Source: Octopus sinensis (Eukaryota). From it: a stretch of DNA of 64,000 bases. How positions within the stretch are numbered: the first letter of the stretch is position 1; every line of letters starts with the position of its first letter. A program made the translations under genes and the position numbers. The notes beneath the pieces were generated by a model, which was not told the DNA's origin, did not search any database, and saw only the letters and a list, made by a program, of their open reading frames with translations. The stretch is taken from contig NC_043000.1 of NCBI RefSeq assembly GCF_006345805.1, positions 137,702,001-137,766,000 of the forward strand. Direction: 5' to 3'. Shown piece by piece: positions 39,190-52,126 of this stretch.

Positions 39190-39925
39190 CATCTGCGTTT
39201 CCTGCCGCGAAGTAGGCTCACCTGTTTGGTGGAGTGTTGCGGAGGCAGCAATGGTTGAAAGGATGGAGATGGACATATCAAACATGGAGGAATGTCAGAG
39301 GATGGCATATGGAGTGGATGGTGGCGTGGAGTTGTCACCGCCGCAGTAGATTAGGGATGATATGGTTAAGAGGACCACACCACCCCAGAAGATTATGGAG
39401 GAGGTGGCCGTTCTCCAGGCCACAGAGACGAAGGGATTGATGTGGAAGGGTGAGACACTGGGCCTCAGTGTACAGGCCGAGGTGGAGGCCTTAGAAGGTT
39501 TGGCAGTAATAAGGGTAAGATTAGCAGTAGAGCTGTATACAGAAAATGTAAAAGAAATTGTGATAGACCGAGAGCGGTACGGAAAACTGAGGGATTTGTT
39601 AGAAAACGACGCAGACCCATTAGGAGTAGAGGTGGAGTTTGATGAATTACCGCTTGCTGTGGCGTACACAGATTCAGAACCATTCATGAACTTCTAAAAA
39701 GTAAGATATTACAATTTATTAGATGCTAAAAGGAAAAAAGACAAAGAAAAATGATTAAAAACTGTTTTAAAACATTTAAATATTACTGCAACCATTTCAT
39801 CACCACTAATTTTATTCATCCTTCCTTTGTTCGGTTTATGGTTTTTTTGTTCCCACTGTGTTGTTCTGTCTGTCCTTGTGCTGTCCCCTCTGTGTCAAGA
39901 CATGTTTTCCAAATAAAAGAAACAG
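39190..39925 (+). mobile_element. Short gag/ORF1-like retroposon derivative with SINE-B-like tail
   Basis: EEVAVLQATE..G..GETLGLSVQAEVEALEGLA matches ORF 62634-63308; KEIVIDRERYGKLRDLLENDADPLGVEVEFDELP matches ORF 52589-52879; tail TGTCTGTCCTTGTGCTGTCCCCTCTGTGT...AATAAAA. Confidence 0.75.
39362..39697 (+). CDS. 111-aa remnant ORF of the ORF1-like retroposon (in frame with the upstream ORF ending at TAG 39347-39349)
   Basis: Similarity to two other ORFs in this window; likely a pseudogene. Confidence 0.5.
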   Translation: MVKRTTPPQKIMEEVAVLQATETKGLMWKGETLGLSVQAEVEALEGLAVIRVRLAVELYTENVKEIVIDRERYGKLRDLLENDADPLGVEVEFDELPLAVAYTDSEPFMNF

Positions 39926-40160
39926 TATTTGACGGATGATGTTAGTTGGACTGCGTTAGTTAACCGTATTAGTTCAAACACAATGAGCAATATATGTGTA
40001 TGTTTTTTGACAAGCATGTGACTGTCAAGTGACAATTTAATTCTGACTTATTACATTATCAGAGCCTTGTCTAAGGCTAACATAAAAAAATGAATTTCAC
40101 ATCATGATCATAGGGAAATTGATAAAGTGAATGGAAACCTCTCTTTCAGTTAATAAGCTC

Positions 40161-40270
40161 GTTTGTTGTTCTATTCCTTCTCGAGCCATGCCTGGCTCAT
40201 AAAGGCCAGTTTCCCGGTTTCGTTGGCGTATATGATCTTCACCTGAACGGGGCACCGGTCCATCGCAAAT
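40161..40270 (-). mobile_element. SINE C/D-type tail fragment
   Basis: Reverse complement matches GCGATGGAC.GG...CC.GT.CAG...GAAACCGGGAAAC.GGC...ATGAGCC.GGC of the 51-kb and 24-kb copies. Confidence 0.7.
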
Positions 40271-41063
40271 AAGCTTATAGAGTGTTGCTGTCTGTTTTAG
40301 TATATTTTCTGTGCTAAATAATTTTAAGTGCAAAATATTTTCACGTTTCAAATATATTTTCTTTGTCTAGTTTGTTTATAATATTTTCAAATATCAGTAC
40401 TAAGGAAAAAAATCACATGATGTAGCATAAAATTTCTTGCTTCATGAAAAGAGATTTTTCAGCAATTATGTAGACATGTCCCCTAATAATGTACTATTTT
40501 TCAATAACGCTTATTGAGACTTGTGGCTTACAATAAATAGGTTAAAACGTGCAATAACATATTGGGCACATATTTATATTATTGATTTACAAACTACTTG
40601 TTTGATAACACATTCACATTGATGTACGAACACATATGCGTTCTGAGCATTTTTAAGTACACAGCCAGGTCTTCGTTCTTTCGTTTTTCTTTGAAAATCA
40701 GATTCGAAAATATATAGCATTCCCGGGATATTATTTTTCGTTTGCGCTAAATAAGTAAAAGTAATGCACGCATACATGCACATTTGCTCCATACGATTTT
40801 TTTTATGTCACATGTTTCAATACTCCTAAGTGAGCGAGTTTGTAATACCTGTCGCATTTTCTAAATTAAGAATTTATACATGTATTCAGATGCCTTCATG
40901 CAATTGCGGTATGTATTAAATTGTATGGTTTATTCTGTGAAAGAGTAATATATATACACACAAAATTTCTAAGCATATATGCATACATATATAATACTTT
41001 ATATCTATCTATCTCCCTCTTTCTCTCTCTCCCTCTCTCTCTCTCTCACACACACACACACAT

Positions 41064-41131
<68 letters not shown>

Positions 41132-42349
41132 TTACCGTTTGTCGCGCGCGTCTGTTAGTTCCTCTACGTAAGTACACGAGAGGTTGTATTTGAATAATCA
41201 GTAATAATGAATGATCGGACACGTTGTTATTCTTTTGGTTCGAAGTTTATTCTATGTCTTGACATTCCATTCAAGTTATTTCGTATATTCATTCATTGAT
41301 CTGAAATTAAATGAACATGTTCGAATAATGGAGAAATGGAGGTAATTGCATATAGATATCACTTAAAACTGCCGTTAATCCCCAATAATGAATGCATTGT
41401 AGTGTTAAGTACTCACCGGACGAAGTTGCTGAATTAACTTCGATTCTCTGTTGGAAATGTATCCCGTGCTCTATTAATGCAACATGGAATAAGGTAATGA
41501 ATACAGTAAATTTCTAATTATTAAATACTAGCCTAAATCTAAAGAATGAAACTATTTATCACTCTCCATGAATTAATGCCCATTTCATTTGTTGCATTTT
41601 AATACTTGCCACTATACAAGGCCAACTCAATTTTTTTTCTTGTCTGCCTTTCTATTCTTCCATTTTTGTTCGGTTGCCCGGTAGCATGTTATATTTTACA
41701 TCTAATATTTCATCATGCAATAAGTATACTTTCTTTTATCTTAGAATCTATTTGCGGAAAAATTATATTAACATTATATTAATATTAATATTATTTTGAT
41801 TATATTACAGCGGTTTGGTTGCTATTTCTTAATATCCCAATAATGTATGGCTAATGTTGTAAACTGCAGAATTTGGATATTTTTGCAGTTCATGCATAAT
41901 CAATTTTTAACCACGCGCCAATATATATTGATTAATTATCATCAAATTATAATATCGTCGAACATATTGAACATGTTTAATGATTTCCATTCGTCGATAT
42001 ATCACCATTATCATTATCATAACGATCGCCATCACCGTTTATCTCATTATCATTCGCCCCCTTATTACCAGTAGGAAGGAAAGCGCACAAAATAAGAGAT
42101 GAAATAGGCTAATAAATTCCCTGCCACACCAAAAATTGTGATTGGTGTTATATATTTGCTACATGATACTAAGTTGCTAATTTCTATCATTTAATGACTC
42201 AATATCATAAATGAAAGAAGGAAAAGAAGAAATAAGAATAGAAAAATATCTTGAAAGAAACAGAAAATGACGTGTAACATTTATCATCCAATAATATTTT
42301 TGTAGGTTTTGCAATAGTTGCATTGAATTCCTCTTCTTTCAAATAACAA

Positions 42350-42566
42350 TGATTTCAAATTTTGGTACAAGGCCAGCAAATTCGGGGGAATGGGGTGAGT
42401 CGATTACATCGACTCCAGTGTTCAACTGGTACTTATTTTATCGACCTGGAAAAGATGAAATCCGATGCCGACCTCCGTGGAATCTGAACACAGAACGTAA
42501 TGGTATACAAAATGCCGCTAAACATTTTGCTTGGCGTGCTAGCGATTCCGCCAGCTCACCACCTTC
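42350..42566 (-). mobile_element. SINE with B head/core and a third tail type
   Basis: GGTGGTGAGCTGGCGGAATCGCTAGC head, core GATAAAATAAGTACCAG, tail GAATTTGCTGGCCTTGTACCAAAATTTGAAATC. Confidence 0.75.
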
Positions 42567-43364
42567 CTCTTTCTAATAATAATAATGCCCTCTAAAAAGG
42601 GAAGTAAAAGAACCCTACTGAATCAGATTTACTATGGAAACCCAAGGCAAGTACCCACCTCCAGATTTCATTCTCCGACTTAGATACGCATATTAAACAG
42701 GCGTGTGTTGTTCCAATATCAAAATGCACATGAGACTCACCAAATGATGAAGAAGAGACAAACTGACTGAAATTTCGAACAAAAGAAGAGAATTAGATAT
42801 AAGCACTTCTGCAAATACTTTGGTTTAAATGAAAATGTGAGTACATTATAAAAGGGTTATACAGAAGAGTTAGGCTACATTTATAACCTGAAAGCAATAC
42901 CGAAATACAAGATATTGCATCTTCAGTGTAAGACGTTTAATTTAGAGATAAAATTTAGCACTGTTCCGAAGTCACTCTGCTAATCCTAACATAAAGAGCA
43001 CTGCCGGAAAGTAGCACATCAGAACACTACTCTAAAGTAAGCGCAATGAGACGAGAATGATACGTAAGTGCAATCAAAGAGAAAGTGATTAGAGCCATAA
43101 GGGAGGACGAAGATAAAGAGGTTATTCAAATATAAGGAAACGATAAAGTACAAATTAAAAGATATCCATAATGAATAAAAAAATTCAGAATAAAAGAACA
43201 GAGCAGTTTAAAAATAAAACATAAATGACATAATTAAAACTGAAATTATCTCTATATTAAAAAAAAATGAAGAGCAGAAACTTTCTATATTCCAAATCTG
43301 TCAAGACTCCACAGAAAAAGAAAAACAACCAGCAATGAAAACAAAGAATGCTCGTCTAATCTTT

Positions 43365-43870
43365 ATATCTTGGGATCAGTGACTAAACACTAATAAATAT
43401 AAAAATAATATATATGAGAAACTAACGCCAAATGTAGATTTACACAATCCTTACAATAAAACAATTGCTCATATTATGTTTCATGGATTTGCCCTCCTCT
43501 TGCCAGAGTACGGTTGCAAGCACCATCGTGTCGGCAGCTATGTATACAGGGTGGTATGTCAACATTTCGATATTGAAACTACTAAGTGGTATGAACATTT
43601 ACCAAAAAGCGTACTCGAATACAGTCTACACACAATCATACGCCACATGGCAGTAAAGATTGATAATATAATAAAGGCATGCGATCCCTTATAGATATTA
43701 TGGACATCAAATAAAATCTTAATACTCTGATAGACATCGCGTTCTCTTTTTGGTAAAATATTACACGGAAAGATGTCGTTCAAAGTACTACTCTTGTGAT
43801 ATGAGAATTAAGTGGGATGCGTTAAGTAAAAAATAAGCGTAGTACAACTGGAATTATGAGAAACAAATAT
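43365..43870 (+). mobile_element. Second, older RLE-type (Dong/R4-like) LINE relic
   Basis: DQ*LNTNKYK, TIAHI, EYGCKHHRVGSYVYRVVCQHFDIETTKWYEHLPKSVLE, LIDIAF...NITRKD. Confidence 0.75.
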
Positions 43871-46059
43871 ATTGTAGGATTCACAAATCTACATACACTT
43901 ATATATACATTCCCCTCAAAAACTATAGTAAGCACTTTCCACAGTTTATGCAAAATATTTTCATTTCAATAGATCTTCTGAAACTGTATGTTCTTCTCAA
44001 ATGTATACTTTATTCGACCCCGACACACTAAAATAACCCTAATCTATTGATTCACCATCCAATAATATATCTTGGATATCACATAGTTTTGATAATTACT
44101 TTCCAATTAAATAGACAAAACAATCAACAACTAACATAAAAACATAGTACTAATTCTTTAAAGAATGCATACACTAGACAATTAACTGTCAATAACATAA
44201 AAAGAGCCGAGATATACACCCACACAAGAAAGGAAGACCAAAACAAACACCGACACAATGCATACAGAAGGCAAACGACGCCATGAAGGAAAACATGTAG
44301 CACAATTCAAAAAGCCCACGCAAAGCAAAATCACAACTGAACAAAGTGAGATAATTTTAGCATAAAAAATTATTCTACGCCTCCCACAGACAATAAGCTA
44401 GAAACCTTAGCAACACGGATTTTCGGCCTCTGAGGCAGTAAAATTTCGTATGAAATAGTTGAAAAATGAGATGACACTAATAACAAGAACTATAAAGAAA
44501 GCGTGTATTCAAAAATCATACGAAAAAAAAACAAACTCATCGGAATGACTTCGTCAATTAAAATTTAGGTAATAATTATTACAAGAGAATTAAAACCATC
44601 CGCAATAATATTCTTCACGTCTTATACGTGTGGAAACACAACTATTAGCACAAATATAACAAAAGGAAGAAACATTAAAAATTACAACGATCAGAAAAAT
44701 ACACATAGTTACATTTGCACCAACAATCACAGCATGAACCGCAACATCTACAACGACAACTGGATTCCTTGCAAAAACAAGCAAAGGCAATAAAATTCCC
44801 ATTAAACGCGAAGAACATAACAGTTTAAACGTAAAACTGGCAGAAAATGGATAATTTCCTAGCAGAGAAAAAATATCATAAACAATGAGGATTTGACTAT
44901 AAAGCGAATGAGGTGATGGTCTAAAGCAACGGATCAATAACAGAGATTAAGATGACGGTGGTGGGAAGGGACGAATAAAAGAAATCAATGTAATCGAAAT
45001 AAACCACTTAATTTATTTGACGGCAGCAATAATAACAGAAACCTTGCAAACTTAACTCAAACTCAGACATAGACAAACAGGAATCAACGATGAAAGAAGT
45101 GAAGGAATGAAAGGAAAATAACAAAGAAAATTAAGAAAAACAAAATGGAGAGTTAAATGAATAAAATAAGAAAGCAAAGGAATAAGAAAGTGAAAGTAGA
45201 AGAAAAGCAAATGAGAATCAGAGGTAAAGAGATATGAGAAGGAAAGGAAGTAAAAGATGATAATAGTCTCACAAAAACAAACGGAAGAGGGACAAAAACT
45301 GGGGAAAGATACAAGAAGAAAGATAACTATGAAACGAAGAGCAAAACGAAACAGCATGGAAGAGATAAGAAGTGAAGGGAAAGAAAAAGGTGTATAAACT
45401 TGTATGAGAAGAGAAAAATACAAAAAAATAATTATCAAGATAAACTGTTGAAAAACGGCAAAAAGTATGAATATAAAAAAAAAGAGAGCAAAAATTCAGA
45501 GTGAAAAGAAATATACGGAAGAAAAGTGAATGCGTAAGTAAAATGAGACAGAAAATGTAAAAGATGAAATAAATGTAATAAAATTACAAACATATCTTTT
45601 GCCAGCTTTTCGGAAAATAACGAATGGCAAGCAGTAAATCAGTTTAAGAATATGCCACAACATAATATGACTGTCAAAAATATTCTTAATATAAATTGAG
45701 GATATATGAGGTGATCTCACGAAAAGAAGGAGTGTGTTTGGTGGAGCATTCTCATAGTCATTATTGGTAGAAGTGTGTCGGCAACGGTTTAGTGCAAGGG
45801 AAGAAAATGTGTATAGAAAAGATCAACATTGACAAGAAAATGATATAATATAGGAATAGAACTTTGTGGTAAACAAACGAAATAAGAAAGCAGGCACAGT
45901 GCTTTCGTAAAAAAATACAACTTCCAGATTCATACCTACATACGTATATTTAGTTATAGGTACGAATGGAAGATGCGAGTGTGGTGTGCTGAATAATACT
46001 TGATTAGCCTTCAACCGTTTAGACTATTGCTCGTAAATATGGTCATCACCGTGTTGAAT

Positions 46060-46210
46060 TAACGGTGGAACTCGAAGCAATCTAGCGAAGCTACACGGAG
46101 AAGATCGTCTCAATGCGACACGTCAAATATTGGGAGAGGCTGAAAAAGTTAAATCTATACTCGCTAGAATGAAGGTGAGACAAATATGCGGTGATATACA
46201 TTTGGAAACT
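46060..46210 (+). mobile_element. CR1-like LINE short fragment
   Basis: GGTGGAACTCGAAGCAATC...ATATGCGGTGATATACATTTGGAAA, as at 38320-38465. Confidence 0.7.
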
Positions 46211-48689
46211 CGAGTATTTATTGTTCAACAAAACAGTTTTAACTTGCGGCCATTCATGCACCGAGTTTCAGTCTCTTCGAAATCATTTGATCTCGCTTTT
46301 TATTGCAGTAAGCAAAACAAACTACCAGTGAAGTATTGTGATAGATTGCGATTCACCTGGTATTGATATCTCTTCGGTTTCACAAGTAAATGACTACGAA
46401 TTTTCGCTGCTTGTACTTTAAGCGCGCTTAAGGTGTAAACACAAACAAACAATATTCCCGTGATGAGCAAAACCTTCAGTTATTACTAGTGACGAAAGAC
46501 ATGAAATTTGGAAAATGACACTCAATTTCCATAATTAATGCTGTATATCGCTCGGCTGTCACTGTGACCAACAGTAGTAATAATGGAAAAATTACGTATT
46601 TAAAACTAATTTCTACCAATGTATTTCTTTATCAAGCTTCATTTCTGCTAAGCTTATTCATTTAGTTTAGATACAGCAAGAAGCTACTAGTGGGGTGAGC
46701 ATGTTTTCAATCTATCCAAATCTTTCACCAATCTCACACTAGCGATTTAATTACGGAAAGGAAATATTAGATAATGACGATTTAGATACTTTTAAAAGGT
46801 CGGGATCACACAGGTGCAATGCTTTTGATTACAGCTAACCTGTGGATTAAACCACAAAATAGCATAAGGGTATACATTAAGAAAAATAATCTTGGATTTA
46901 AACATTCATAAACAGTAGGAGAACTTATGTTTCTTAAATTGTATTCCTCTCAACCAGTGACAGATTATGAATACTTAAACTTCATCTTTTCAAAATGCGT
47001 TTTGTTTGTGACAGTTTGAATTCGATTGTAAGCACCTATGAACCAGAATTAAGTTCAACTCCAAAAGAGGCGGTTCATCCGATGGCTTTCTACACTACTT
47101 TGGTCTTTCAAATTTAATTTGCAAGGCTTTTGTTAACACGTGGCTGTGGTAGAAAATGTCTTACCCATTGTATTATGCAGTTGAATTACAGAAGTCAAAT
47201 TGTTATTTGAGAAGCAATGTTCGTTTCCACACAGGGTCACGTCTGAAACTAAGTGGTTAGAAACAGAAGATGTTGAAGGAAATGTAAAATCATCATGATA
47301 ACGCTAATGTTATTTTTAACAAAACAATAATGATTATTTCAAATAGATAAATCGTCAATAACAATATTAACACTAAGTTCAAAAGGGAAGATTATGAAGA
47401 AGAGAAGGTGAGGACGATGACGATAAACTGGAAGGAGAAGAAGAAAAAGAAGAGCAGAAAATAGAAGTAGATGTCAGACGAAATGTCAGACGAAAATTAG
47501 ACGAAGCATAAGAAAAGAAAATAATAAAAAGATGAAAAGAAAAGTATAATATGAAGAGATGGACATAAAGAATAAGTGGAAGTGAGAGATGAGAAAATGA
47601 AATTAACAATATTAATGTTGATATTAATAAAACAATCTTAATTATTAAATGCAGGTAACATATATTATGGAATAAACGATAGCCCAGGGAAGATTTATAT
47701 TGTTCTTGCAATACAGCAGATAATGGCGATTAGTTTGTATCTGTGAGTGTGGGAAGGTTAACTATAGTTCTGATGTTATTGATCACCAATGTGATAATGA
47801 GTCAATGTGTAATTAAATTTCCCTCTAATTTAACAATAATGCCTAATAATAGAGAATTTAAAATATCCTCAACAATATATATATGTGTGGTTGTGTGTGT
47901 GGGGGCAAAGCGTAGTGAGAAATGAGACAAAGGTGGAAATTCTAAAAAAAAAATATTCCGATAAAAAGCAATTTTCATAAGCTCTATTAAAGTGAAACGA
48001 AGAAATTGCAAATATATTCATTGCAACTTCCTTGGTGAATCCACTCAAGCAAAATATACTTTGATCCTTTGAAATATTTCTTTGTTTCCGTTGCTTATTT
48101 TATTAACATTTGTTTTCTTTTTTATTATGTTAAGAGGGGAAAAGCTAAAGAGGCAGAACTGATGTAGTGTGTATGCAATTAAAAACAGAATAACTTAATG
48201 TTATTGCAAAAGTTTGGTCTGTGGCAGACTGCTGCGTAACATGAATTGATACCAGACGACGTTAGTAAAGTAAACGATTGCAGCTATTTCAATGCATATG
48301 TTTGGTTGACCAAGGACGGTTGATAGACATGGGTCAGGAAGGGAATCTATGTTTGAAATAATTAAATAAATGCAAATGTTTTTTTCTTTTCATATTACTA
48401 TTCATAAAATTTGTGTAAAAAAAGTGTGCTAGAACAAGAGAGAAACTACTAACATTTAAAAGGAACGAATAAAATAATTCATACGAAAGAAAAAAATCAT
48501 CAATGAATAAGAAGAAAGAAGAATTGAATAAAAAATCATGACTACAAGTGAAAGACAAAAATACGGAGATAGAAAAGATGAAATGTATTAAAGATAGAAA
48601 AGGAAGAAGATGGAATGAATGAATGAAAATAGGAGAGAGATCCGGTATAACAGAAGGAAAGGGGTGGAAGCTAATGGTTTCAAATTGAA

Positions 48690-50087
48690 CGCCTGACAGG
48701 AGGAGATCCAGTTCGGTTTTGATGTCATCTACATCTACTCCATGTTAGTCTCAGACTCCTAGGGAGGATATTGAAGGGCCGTGGGTCCTTAGAACCCAAG
48801 TTGTTACAGTATATGTTTCTGAATCCTGACGGCAATGGCATTTTTGGCAATATGCAGTGGTGTCCCAGTCTCTTGTTTGTCTAACTTTCAATGCCAAAGT
48901 TTGCTAGCAAGTCTGTCCAGGATTTTCCAGATGTACATCACTGCATATCTTTCCCGCCTTGGTAATAGAGAGAATGTTCTTCACGTTATCAGACTTCTCC
49001 AGTAGCTGACGTGTCAGATTGAGACGATCTCCATTGTGTAGCTTCGCTGGATTCCACGGTTAGTTTTATACTGTGTGGTGGCTATAAGTGGGAACATTTG
49101 CCCTCAGCAGTTTAGATAACAACCGAAAAAAAATGCTCTCTCTTGAGGAATACCATGTTTTCCTGTTCTCTCGAGGACTATCATGGTTTAATGTTCTGTC
49201 GTTCTGAAAGTCCTGATGATCCATCTGGTCAACCACTTGCATTTCATTATTAACTGAGTGATAAGCACCTGGAAGATGCATCATTATTGATGTCAGTGCC
49301 TAGGTTGAGGATTGATTTTGATTCAAGGATTACAGACACTGTGGAGCAGGATATTTTATCTTTTCTTTTATTTGTTTCAGTCATTAGACTGCGGCCATGC
49401 TGGAACACCTCCTTGATGAATTTTTAGCCGAATGTGTCGACCCCAGTACTTACTTTTAATAAGCCTGGTATTTATTTTATCGGTCTCTTTTGTCGAATCG
49501 CTCAGCACCGGTTGTCAGGTGGTGGTGGTGTGGGAACGAACACAGACACAAAGAAACATACAAAAAAATATATTTACATATATATATACGCCGGGATTCT
49601 TTCAGTTTCCATGTACCAAATCCACTCACAAGGCTTTGGTCGGCCCGAGGCTATGATAGAAGACACTTGCCCAAAATGCCACGCAGTGTGACTGAAACTG
49701 GAATCATGTTAGAAAAGTCGTGTAGCCACTCTTCAAGTTCTCCAACAATGCTGAAATTACGCAGATTGTGATATATCATACCACGTTCGAATTTATCAAT
49801 GGCTTTTGCAAGGTCTTGATATGCCACATCCACATTTGAGTTGTTGATCAGCTGCTTTTAACCCGGTCGTAGTGCTGTAAGAACCGTGTCAAATAGCTTC
49901 TACTTGGTTGGAAACCCTCCTTGACGCCCGTCAGCAAATCATTCTCTTCAAGGAATGCTATTAGTTTCTTTCGGACTATTTCATTCTATGTGTTCACTGA
50001 TATATGAAGTCAGAGAGATAGGCCTATAGTTTTTAGCATCTGCTTCTTTCTGAGCTCTTACCACTTGCAAGTAAGCTCTGAAAAAGC
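48690..50087 (-). mobile_element. CR1-like LINE relic (RT to 3' region) interrupted by SINE A
   Basis: NYRPISLTSYIS, VDVAYQDLAKAIDK, GELEEWLHDF; 3' part homologous to 38320-38700. Confidence 0.8.
49354..49710 (-). mobile_element. SINE family A (5'-clipped)
   Basis: Colinear with the other copies. Confidence 0.85.
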
Positions 50088-50206
50088 TTTACCTTTCATC
50101 CTTTCAGGGTCTATAAATTAAGTACCAGTCAAATACTGGGGTCGATATGATCAACTATCCCCCTCCTCACTAATTCCAGGCCTTGAGCCTATAGTAGAAA
50201 GGATTA
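50088..50206 (+). mobile_element. 5'-truncated SINE B'
   Basis: CCTTTCATCCTTTCAGGGTC.ATAAATTAAGTACCAG core plus CAGGCCTTGAGCCTATAGTAGAAAGGATTAT tail. Confidence 0.8.
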
Positions 50207-51037
50207 TCATAAAGCACATTAGTTTCTAGGAAAAATGAAGCGATTTGTTTAAAAGAACATTTTAGTTAAATAATCGAATGGATTAAATATTTCTTAAATT
50301 GAATAAATTCGAATTTTTAACTTATAACAACTATAATAAAATGCAAAAATTATATTGCAAATTTATTAAATTTCAAGTTTATATAATATTTACAACTACG
50401 AAGAGATTTAGGTGGTTATACGTGACGTGTCAAAAGCTACCAATATAATGTGGTTAAATATGAAAGTAGGCGTGAAAAATATATTGTTTTCTATTTTAAA
50501 AGCTCAACCTGATATAAGACCCCTTTTAGCTGAGTGTACCGTATTGTCAAGTCACTCAATACGTACCCGGTTTTCTTTTTTTTTTATTAACTGCTAACGA
50601 TGCAAGAGCCACATCAGGGAGAGAAGTGAATCTTTTTGACATGATACATTTTCTTTTACCATCATCTGAACTATGACAATCGAGTTGTTGCAACTAAGTT
50701 GGTAGCTTCAATATATGGCATTATTTTAAGTTCAACGCAGGACTTTTCGATGCATTTCTGGACAAGTCACTTAATTTCTCATTTCTTTGTCACAACCTGT
50801 CACAACTATGATCCGAAACTTTCTTTTAAGTAAAATTATTTTACATAGTCTTCAAGGATCATTGCTTAGGACTACGAAACTGATTTTGGATTATTCTCAC
50901 GGATACTTATAACATGAAAATTGATTTAATTTTAAATGAAATATTTAACATCAGGATATTTTTATATTCATAATTGTCTACTTTGTCAAAAATATATAAA
51001 AAGAAAGGGAAATATGAATGGCCAACTACACAATTTA

Positions 51038-51548
51038 TGGAAGCGCGTGGCTTAGTGGTTAGGGTGTCAATATCATGAACGTAAGATAGTGGTTTCGATT
51101 CCTGGACCGGGCGACGCGTTGTGATCTTGAGCAAAACACTTCCTTTCACGTTGCTCCAGTCCATTCAGATGGCAAAAATAAGTAACGCTGCGATGGACTG
51201 TCGTCCCGTCCAGCTGGGAACACATACGCCATAGAAACCAGGAAACCGGGCCCATGAGCCTGGCTAGGCTTTAAAAAAGGCGCATTTGTGGAGGCGCGTG
51301 GCTTAGTAGTTAGGGTGTCAGTATCACGATCGTAAGATTGTGGCTTCGATTCCTGGACCGGACGACGCGTTGTGATCTTGAGCAAAACACTTCCTTTCAC
51401 GTTGCTGCAGTCCATTCAGCTGGCAAAAATGAGTAACGCTGTGATGGACTGGCGTGCCGTCCAGCTGGAGAACACATACGCCATAGAAACAAGGAAACCG
51501 GGAGTATGAACATAGCTAGGCTTTAAAAGGGCGCATTTATTATTTATT
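51038..51548 (+). mobile_element. Tandem dimer of SINE family C
   Basis: Monomers at about 51038-51287 and 51288-51548; 14-bp TSD AACTACACAATTTA at 51024 and 51549. Confidence 0.9.
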
Positions 51549-51628
51549 AACTACACAATTTAACATAATTCATTATCAATCTATTGATGTATTAGACGTC
51601 AACTCTGTACGATATATACACTATTTAC

Positions 51629-51863
51629 ACTACAAGGCGGCGAGCTGGCAGAAACGTTAGCACGCCGGGCGAAATGCGCAGCCGTATTTCGTCTGTCGTT
51701 ACGTTCTGGGTTCAAATTCCGCCGAGGTCGACTTTGCCTTTCATCCTTTTGGGGTCGATAAATTAAGTACCAGTTACGCACTGGGGTCGATGTAAACGAC
51801 TTGATCCCTTTGTCTGTCCGTGTTTGTCCCCTCTATGTTTAGCCCCTTGTGGGCAATAAAGAA
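51629..51863 (+). mobile_element. SINE family B, full length
   Basis: 17-bp TSD ATATATACACTATTTAC at 51612 and 51864. Confidence 0.9.
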
Positions 51864-52126
51864 ATATATACACTATTTACTTTGAAGATGGTAGGTGAAA
51901 ATAATATACACTTTTATGCATGAAATAGTTTCGTTCTCTAGACTGCTCTCGTTGTATTTTAAAATGTATTATGCATTACATGTTCAAGTTTTATATGAAA
52001 GCATTAGCCTTAAATTCATTACCTATTAAATATTCCAACTGTGATATTAACGTTCTAGTATTTCAAGCATATTTAATTCTATACTCATCCTTTTAGAAGA
52101 CAAAGTTACTTCAGGTTTCAAATTCT

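Noticed and set aside
41417-41447. Possible 31-nt minus-strand micro-exon (TTTCCAACAG | ... | GTGAGTAC)
   Set aside because: Good splice signals but a weak pyrimidine tract, no partner exons and no recognisable peptide; expected by chance in 64 kb. Needs RNA-seq.
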